A stretch of DNA of 53,758 nucleotides, from the NCBI GenBank assembly GCA_003601835.1, contig PIYB01000001.1:1-53758 (forward strand), written 5' to 3'. This document shows positions 47,511-53,758 of this stretch, one piece after another. The position numbers and the translations under genes were made by a program. The notes beneath the pieces are model-generated. The model searched no databases. It was not told where the DNA came from and saw only the letters and a list, made by a program, of their open reading frames with translations. Source of the stretch: Candidatus Bathyarchaeota archaeon (GTDB lineage: Archaea > Thermoproteota > Bathyarchaeia > Bathyarchaeales > DTEX01). Within the stretch, counting starts at the first letter, position 1; each line of letters opens with the position of its first letter.

Positions 47511-49211
47511 ATGTACTTGGAAAAACCAAAAAAGGATGCCAAAGAGAGAAAATCGAAGCTTAAGAAGAAAGAAGCAAAGGAAAAAAGCGGAATTAGCGGA
47601 ATCTTCAAGGCTTTGTTCTCGAGGAAGAAAGAGGAGAAACCTGCGGAGAAAAAGGTTGTTAGAGAAAAGAAGAAGCGTAGACCCAACTACAAGATCATTG
47701 AGAGCTATTGGATACATAATCCCCTCGCCAAAGTTAACATCGCTTCCGCAAACGGTAACATACAATATATTGTTGAGGAGGCTGAACTCTCTCTCCGAGA
47801 AAAGAACGCGTATCAGAAGATTGTTTCGTTAATAACGAAGGAGCTATCCTCACCTGAAACCTTGAACATAGACCTGAACGCCTACATATTGTCGGAAGCC
47901 AAAAGGCTGGCGAAGAAGTATAAACGTAGCTTAGGAAGGTTCAGCGCGGAGTCTTGGAAAAGAATCTACTATTACGTTATTCGAGACTTGGCGGGTTACG
48001 GCAAACTAGACGTTCTGATGAACGATCCCAACATAGAAGACATCTCCTGCAACGGTCTTAACAGGCCCATCTACATTTGGCACAGAAAGTACGAAAGCAT
48101 CCCCACAAGCATCGAGTTTACAGAAGAAGAGGAATACGATAATTTTATTCTCAAGCTTGCCCACATGGGAGACAAACACATATCCAGCGCGCATCCGATG
48201 CTGGACGCCATGCTTCCCGGGAGACACAGGCTTGCAGCCACCTTCAGACACGAAGTCTCAACCTTCGGCAGCAGCTTCTGCATCAGAAAATTCCGAGAAG
48301 ACCCCTTTTCAATAGTCGATCTGATCAAGATCGGTACAATTAACGCGACGCTGGCTGCTTACCTCTGGATTCTCTTGGAGAACAAGATGAGCTTAATGAT
48401 CATTGGAGGAACAGGCGCCGGCAAAACAAGCATGCTGAACGCTCTTATCAGCTTGATAAAGCCTAACGATAAAATTGTGACGGTTGAAGAGATCGCTGAA
48501 CTAAACACAAATCATGAGAACTGGGTTCAGCTCACCAGCAGACAAGGCTTCAAGTTTGGAGCAGCGGATGAAACATCCATCAGCCTCTTCGATCTTGTGA
48601 AGCTCAGCCTCCGTTACAGACCTGACTACATAATTGTCGGGGAAGTGAGAGGCGAGGAAGCCTACGCTCTGTTCCAAGCCGTTGCAACGGGGCACGGCGG
48701 CATCTGCACAATGCACGCTGACAGCCTAGATCATGCGGCTAAACGTTTAACGTCTCCTCCTATGAACGTGTCCGAAGTTTATGTTCCGCTCATGAACGTT
48801 GGGATCTACGTTTCACGGGTGGAGCTGCCGAAGAAAAAGATGGGGTTAACGTTTGGCAGAAGAGCTAGAAACATCTGGGAAATCATCGACTACGGTGAAT
48901 ACAACCTGATCTCAGAATGGTCGCCTACAGAGGACACCTTCCACGTCAACCTAGAAAAAAGCATTCTATTAGAACGGATCGCTGCTAAGAAAGGCTTAAC
49001 TAAAGAAGATCTTCTAGCGGAGATTAAGCGAAGAGAAAAAGTTTTGACGAAAGTATTGCGGTCCGGCAAAAGAAGCCAAAAAGAGGTCACGGAAGCCATC
49101 ATAGAATACTACAACGAAACGGGGAAAAAAAGGTTACATAGGAAACGCAAGAGAACCGTGCCAAAAGTAACATTGCAAGTTGAACAGCCCCCATGTACCT
49201 ACGCTGCGTGA
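47511..49211 (+). CDS. Type IV pilus assembly ATPase (PilB/TadA/ArlI-like)
   Basis: DPNIEDISCNG, IRKF, Walker A GGTGAGKT, LRYRPDYIIVGEVRG, TGHGGICTMHA. Confidence 0.95.
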   Translation: MYLEKPKKDAKERKSKLKKKEAKEKSGISGIFKALFSRKKEEKPAEKKVVREKKKRRPNYKIIESYWIHNPLAKVNIASANGNIQYIVEEAELSLREKNAYQKIVSLITKELSSPETLNIDLNAYILSEAKRLAKKYKRSLGRFSAESWKRIYYYVIRDLAGYGKLDVLMNDPNIEDISCNGLNRPIYIWHRKYESIPTSIEFTEEEEYDNFILKLAHMGDKHISSAHPMLDAMLPGRHRLAATFRHEVSTFGSSFCIRKFREDPFSIVDLIKIGTINATLAAYLWILLENKMSLMIIGGTGAGKTSMLNALISLIKPNDKIVTVEEIAELNTNHENWVQLTSRQGFKFGAADETSISLFDLVKLSLRYRPDYIIVGEVRGEEAYALFQAVATGHGGICTMHADSLDHAAKRLTSPPMNVSEVYVPLMNVGIYVSRVELPKKKMGLTFGRRARNIWEIIDYGEYNLISEWSPTEDTFHVNLEKSILLERIAAKKGLTKEDLLAEIKRREKVLTKVLRSGKRSQKEVTEAIIEYYNETGKKRLHRKRKRTVPKVTLQVEQPPCTYAA

Positions 49212-50967
49212 GGAGGATGAAAAAGGAAAAATGCTTGAAGATTTCTGCTACGCCCACTTCAGCAGTCTCGGTCGCAGTTTGTTACGCGTATTCAAGAGAA
49301 TAGAGGATGATATGGAAGCTGCAAACATGCGGCTTCATCCTGAAGTTTATCTTAGCATGATCGGTTTCATAACCTATTTGGCAACCGTGGCTTCGGTTGC
49401 ATTCTTGATCTTAGTCTTGCTTGACGTAATCCCGTTCTTTCTTCCTTTTCCGTTCATGCTGCTCTTAGTTATGTTGCCTCCTCTTGTGACGCTGCTAATC
49501 GGCGCCCTTATCCCTAAACTCATAGTCTCGAACAAGATTTCAGGGCTCAAAAACGAGATTCCCTACGCCTCAATGTACCTCAGCGTCATGGCCAGCGGCG
49601 GGCTTACCCCTTATGCAAGCCTGTTAAGGTTAAGAGACACTGAGCTACTGCCGAAACTTAGGAACGAGATCGGTAGAATCGAACGGATACTTCTCTCAAC
49701 AGGCATGGATCCTGTTTCAGCTATGGCGAAAGCTGCTAAGGCTCTGGGCTTAAAAGAATATAAGGAGCTTTTGCTGGGTTACGCTTCAACTTTGAGGACG
49801 GGCGGCGACATTCTTCATTATCTTTACAGCCAAACGGAATCGATGTTTAGGCGGATGGCTCTGCGCATAAAAACCATGGGTGATCACATGGCGATGCTTA
49901 TGGAAGGCTACACGATCATCGCCATTCTAGGAACCTTAGGCGTATACATGATATTCATTGTGTCTCTGAGCTTCCCTCAGTTTCAAGCGTTACCGCCTGA
50001 GATGTTCTTCACGTTTTCTTTCGCTTTGTTGCCCGGGATATCAATAGCCTTCCTATATTTCGCGGACACCATGCAGATCAACTATCCCATCTCCCAGTGG
50101 AAGGCTTATTTAGCTCTCGCGGCGTCTGCTCCTGCCGGGATTTTCATGCTTTCCCAAACTGTTCTCCCCTATTTCGTAGAAGGGTTTCCAAGTATTCCGT
50201 TCATGATGCAGATACCTGTGGTCATCCGGGGTCTGCTTTCTTTACGGGAAGGCTGCGAGCCAGCTTTAGGCATGGCAGTTAGCCTTGGTACACTTTGTTT
50301 GCCTATGGTTATTTCGGATCGTTACTTTTCCAAGGCAGACAAAGGAGTACTTGAAGGAGTAACGAGCTTCCTGAGAGACCTTGTTGAGAACAGAAAAACG
50401 GGTTTAAGCCCTGAAAGAAGCATACAATTACTTGCAAACAGAGACTACGGAAAATTCACGAAATACTTGAAACTTATGAGCGCGGAGATCAGTTGGGGTA
50501 TACCATTGAAACGGATCTTCGAGGACTTCAAGAGTAAAGTGCGGAACTGGATTTGTCTCGTCAACCTGTATCTTCTGATTGACACGATAGAGGTCGGAGG
50601 AGGAACCGAAGAAAGCTTAGAAACGTTAGCCGAGTTCGCGGAGCAAACCAGAGAACTAGAGCAAGAAAGGCATTCTTCGTTGGCGCCGCTTTTCATAGTT
50701 CCTTACATGGGTGCAGCGATCCTTACGCTTACAACGATCTTGCTGCTACAGCTTTTCACGAACATGAGCGTGATGGGCGGAACCCAGATTGCTACTAAGG
50801 AATTGACGAAGATGCTGATTACGCCTCTTATCCTTCACTCTTTCACTCTGGGCATAGTGACGGGAAAGATTGTTTCCGGAAGAGTCTCAGCGGGATTCAA
50901 ACACGCCATAATACTTATCATGGTGTCCATAGCAGGAATTTTTGCGGGAACCCACATAGTGCTTTAA
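49180..50967 (+). CDS. Type IV pilus membrane platform protein (TadC/ArlJ-like, two T2SS-F domains); start possibly 49231
   Basis: EIPYAS.YLSVMASGGLTPY, GYASTLRTGGD, FLRDLVE.RKTGLSPE, IEVGGG; multiple TM helices. Confidence 0.92.
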   Translation: MNSPHVPTLREEDEKGKMLEDFCYAHFSSLGRSLLRVFKRIEDDMEAANMRLHPEVYLSMIGFITYLATVASVAFLILVLLDVIPFFLPFPFMLLLVMLPPLVTLLIGALIPKLIVSNKISGLKNEIPYASMYLSVMASGGLTPYASLLRLRDTELLPKLRNEIGRIERILLSTGMDPVSAMAKAAKALGLKEYKELLLGYASTLRTGGDILHYLYSQTESMFRRMALRIKTMGDHMAMLMEGYTIIAILGTLGVYMIFIVSLSFPQFQALPPEMFFTFSFALLPGISIAFLYFADTMQINYPISQWKAYLALAASAPAGIFMLSQTVLPYFVEGFPSIPFMMQIPVVIRGLLSLREGCEPALGMAVSLGTLCLPMVISDRYFSKADKGVLEGVTSFLRDLVENRKTGLSPERSIQLLANRDYGKFTKYLKLMSAEISWGIPLKRIFEDFKSKVRNWICLVNLYLLIDTIEVGGGTEESLETLAEFAEQTRELEQERHSSLAPLFIVPYMGAAILTLTTILLLQLFTNMSVMGGTQIATKELTKMLITPLILHSFTLGIVTGKIVSGRVSAGFKHAIILIMVSIAGIFAGTHIVL

Positions 50968-51183
50968 CAAGGTTCAATAAAGACATTAACGCTGCGAACG
51001 ATGATTCTGCTTGGTTGCCATGGCAAGTTTCCTACAATTCAGAGATGCACAGCAACGAAGTAAATTAAACAATACATGTCACCGATACAGATGAGCTATT
51101 CATAACTCTTTTTACTGTTCTGTATGGTCTTACTATCACACGCAGGTTCTGTAACTATTCCACTATAGTCAGAAGGACGGCGA

Positions 51184-53160
51184 ATGTCAAGGAAACAAAG
51201 TGAAGGGTTAACAATCATTATGCTCCTGTTTTGCTTAAGTCTAACGCAAGGAGTCACAACGCTGCCGTCAAAGGCTGTAACACAGCCGCAGTTCATCCAC
51301 GATTATGGTAATTGGACTTACATAAGCAAGCCCGGTTTACCAGTCAAAATCAATGCAGGCAATATTTCAATAGGCAATAATCACACCTATATCTGCAACT
51401 TGAAGGCAGGAGCAAAGTATCATATCTACTTTTACGGTGACTGGGTTGACTATGATCCCTTAACTAACAAAACCGATTACGACATCTTCGTCTATGACCC
51501 AACGGGACGCGAAGTATCAATGCACACAGAATCCGCGGGACTACCAGAACATCTGGGCACAACAGTGTATGATCCATTTTTCATCCCAGAGACGTCTGGA
51601 AACTACAGTTTCGTCATAAGAAACGACGACAAGGAAAGCCGAGGCGCAAAGGCTGGCACGTTTATGATAATTGAGCATTTAGAATGCAACCGGTGGTACG
51701 AAATTTTCATCTCCAGAAAACCGGGTGAAGAACCTTTCGAAGACGCGTATTGGGCCTACGAATTTGCCACTTCAAGCGAAAGAATAGAGGTTTTAGTTGA
51801 AGTGCCTGATCCGCCCGAGGCATACTTGGACATGTACGAGGCTCAGCTGTATCTTATGGCGAACCCGTCTCAAGGTGTGGGAACAATGTTGAACGGCATG
51901 CCATTACCGTGGGAGCTTGGACTGTACGGTGAAATGCATGATTCGGGGATTTATGGTGGTTACCGACTGGACGCTGAAGGATTCAGACATGTGAACGCGT
52001 CTGCAAGCTGCGAATATTACGGTCAGGACATGCTGATTGATTATGTTCTTCCCAGTGCGGCTGCGGGAACAGGTAACGAGACATCTTCCGATGCTAACCG
52101 TTTGTTTCTTTATCATCTAGCCTTGATCGCTGAGAACGGAGAAGGCGTCATAAGGTTCATGTTCAAAACAGATTTCACTCCTCCGTCATTAAGTATTGAG
52201 AACCCAATTGAAAGCGCCTACTCCGACCAGGAAGTGGATGTAACGGCACATGCATACGACGGAGAATCCGGATTGAAAAGCGTTCTTCTGAATTATACGA
52301 CAACCGATTGGGAAAACTGGACTGCTGTTGAAATGTCCCTTTCTGAGAACGACACATACGTAGCCAAGATACCCATGCAGTCACCTGGCAGCACAGTCAA
52401 GTACAGGGTTACCGCTTCTGACATGGCTGGAAACATGGTGCAACAGGAAAACTCGTATGTAGTGAAGAGCAAAACCGATATGTCTATTGCGCTGTCGAAG
52501 ACCGTTCTCGATAGCGGAGAAAGTATAGGCGTTAACGGCTGGATATCCCATGGCTCGGTAACGGTGACGCTTGACTACACGTGGCAAAACACTCATTTCC
52601 TGAGAACCGTATTAGCCGACAGCGACGGACATTTTACCGATGAATTCACACCTGACAAGGCGGGAACATGGACCGTAACCGCGAAATGGTCCGGCAACCA
52701 AGAATGTTTTCCGGGTTCAAGTAACACTGTGAAGTTCACGGTTGAAAAGGTTTCGACGTCAGTAACGTGCAGCGTCAACAAAGCAACGATGGTCACGGGT
52801 GAAACGGTGGATGTCACCGGGTACGTTTTGCCTGCGGAAAGAAACATGAAGGTGATATTAAGGTTCACGAAACCTGATGGAACAACAATTGAGCGGGAAA
52901 CCTATACAAGCTCTGACGGCTCCTACGAACTGATAGCGTTCAAACCTGGTGTTGTTGGTCGGTGGCAGGTTCAAGCAACCGTGTCCGAAGATGAAGCTCA
53001 TCAATCTTCATCCAGCAGCAAAGTAAACTTCGTCGTCAACGAAACCTGGCTAAACCAGTACAAACTATACATAATAGGCGCAGCTGTAGCCGCCATAATC
53101 GTGGTCTCCATAGTGATTCTTCTTTCTCGCAAGAAAGAAGAGATAGAGGAAGAAGAATAA
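51184..53160 (+). CDS. Membrane-anchored surface glycoprotein with Ig-like repeats
   Basis: N-terminal hydrophobic signal, many N-x-S/T sequons, two repeats with DG.F/Y...F.P...G.W.V.A, C-terminal TM followed by SRKKEEIEEEE. Confidence 0.8.
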   Translation: MSRKQSEGLTIIMLLFCLSLTQGVTTLPSKAVTQPQFIHDYGNWTYISKPGLPVKINAGNISIGNNHTYICNLKAGAKYHIYFYGDWVDYDPLTNKTDYDIFVYDPTGREVSMHTESAGLPEHLGTTVYDPFFIPETSGNYSFVIRNDDKESRGAKAGTFMIIEHLECNRWYEIFISRKPGEEPFEDAYWAYEFATSSERIEVLVEVPDPPEAYLDMYEAQLYLMANPSQGVGTMLNGMPLPWELGLYGEMHDSGIYGGYRLDAEGFRHVNASASCEYYGQDMLIDYVLPSAAAGTGNETSSDANRLFLYHLALIAENGEGVIRFMFKTDFTPPSLSIENPIESAYSDQEVDVTAHAYDGESGLKSVLLNYTTTDWENWTAVEMSLSENDTYVAKIPMQSPGSTVKYRVTASDMAGNMVQQENSYVVKSKTDMSIALSKTVLDSGESIGVNGWISHGSVTVTLDYTWQNTHFLRTVLADSDGHFTDEFTPDKAGTWTVTAKWSGNQECFPGSSNTVKFTVEKVSTSVTCSVNKATMVTGETVDVTGYVLPAERNMKVILRFTKPDGTTIERETYTSSDGSYELIAFKPGVVGRWQVQATVSEDEAHQSSSSSKVNFVVNETWLNQYKLYIIGAAVAAIIVVSIVILLSRKKEEIEEEE

Positions 53161-53279
53161 TCCAGTGTTCATTCTCTTCTTGTTTCGTCAGCTTTATGAT
53201 CCAAGCGAAAGCACAGTTTTTTCGGTCATTTTTTCCATTAATATCTCAAAAGAACAAGCAAACATTGTGGTGTCCAGTG

Positions 53280-53300
53280 TTTAGAACAGTGTGTTCTAAA
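53280..53300. promoter_or_regulatory. Inverted repeat upstream of the beta-propeller gene
   Basis: TTTAGAACA-GTG-TGTTCTAAA, perfect 9-bp arms. Confidence 0.45.
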
Positions 53301-53347
53301 ACATAGGATTATGAGGCTCTCGCTGCAACAACGTTACGGTGATATCT

Positions 53348-53758
53348 TTGAATAAAAAAGAACAATCTAGCTTTGCTTCATTCGATAAACATCTGTTCAC
53401 TAAGGCGTCCGCAGCAGCCGTGATGGGCATAACCTTGGGACTCGTTTTTGTCAACCTAGCTTGGTGGATAAGCGTTGCGCCAGAACCAGCAGTTTATGCT
53501 GGACACCCGGTTCTACTGAGGTTTTCTTCTTACTCGGAGCTAAAGACGTATCTAAACGAAACTTCTGATAGATTGCAGTATTATTACTGGAATGTCAGAG
53601 GCGGACTACCGTCGGCTGTTACTTTTTCAGAGTTCAAGAGCGCTTCTGTTGATATTGATTTTTCAAAGACAAACATTCAGGTTGAAGGGGTGGATGAGGC
53701 TGACATAGTGAAATGCGACGGTGAATATATATATCTCGCCTTAAACGAAAGGAACGGA
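53348..53758 (+). CDS. Secreted/membrane-anchored beta-propeller domain protein (3' truncated by window edge)
   Basis: TTG start, N-terminal TM helix, RFSSYSELKTYL, DFSKTNIQVEGVDEADIVKCDGEYIY signature. Confidence 0.88.
   Translation, partial: MNKKEQSSFASFDKHLFTKASAAAVMGITLGLVFVNLAWWISVAPEPAVYAGHPVLLRFSSYSELKTYLNETSDRLQYYYWNVRGGLPSAVTFSEFKSASVDIDFSKTNIQVEGVDEADIVKCDGEYIYLALNERNG

Noticed and set aside
45635-50967. Archaellum operon
   Set aside because: No arlF/G/H or arlCDE/X genes, and the pilins lack the archaellin IGTLIIFIAMVLVAAVAA signature
1-53758. tRNA, rRNA, CRISPR arrays, transposases or integrases
   Set aside because: No cloverleaf/T-loop motifs, spaced repeats or recombinase motifs seen by eye; tRNAscan-SE and Infernal would be decisive

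Overview
Chromosomal segment of an archaeon, most likely Bathyarchaeia (TACK). This is inferred from Nop5/fibrillarin, Alba, TACK-type L40e, a LysM-type regulator, UPF0147, a tungsten AOR and frequent TTG starts. Core blocks: dtxR-feoA-feoB, nfo, pyrD-pyrK, nop5-flpA, nikR, a DAP-type lysine operon (dapA-dapB-lysC-asd-lysA), chorismate mutase-tyrA, albA-nusA-like-aspS with divergent rpl40e, AOR plus an Fe-S subunit, two tandem radical SAM genes, and a type IV pilus locus followed by surface proteins. Cytoplasmic carbohydrate-catabolic genes (GH78, GH29, TIM-barrel isomerases, Gfo/Idh/MocA) are interspersed. Most notable: (1) feoB has no ATG/GTG/TTG near its G1 motif, only a GTA overlapping the feoA TAG stop; (2) in a decay zone at 37.4-44.1 kb, a reductive-dehalogenase-like gene and a ChbG-like gene each carry one in-frame TGA, and two other genes appear to have lost internal segments across roughly 10-12 bp microhomologies; (3) a 53-aa zinc-finger microprotein is missing from the ORF track. 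No tRNA, rRNA, CRISPR array or transposase was recognised. All family assignments come from motif recognition, not database searches.
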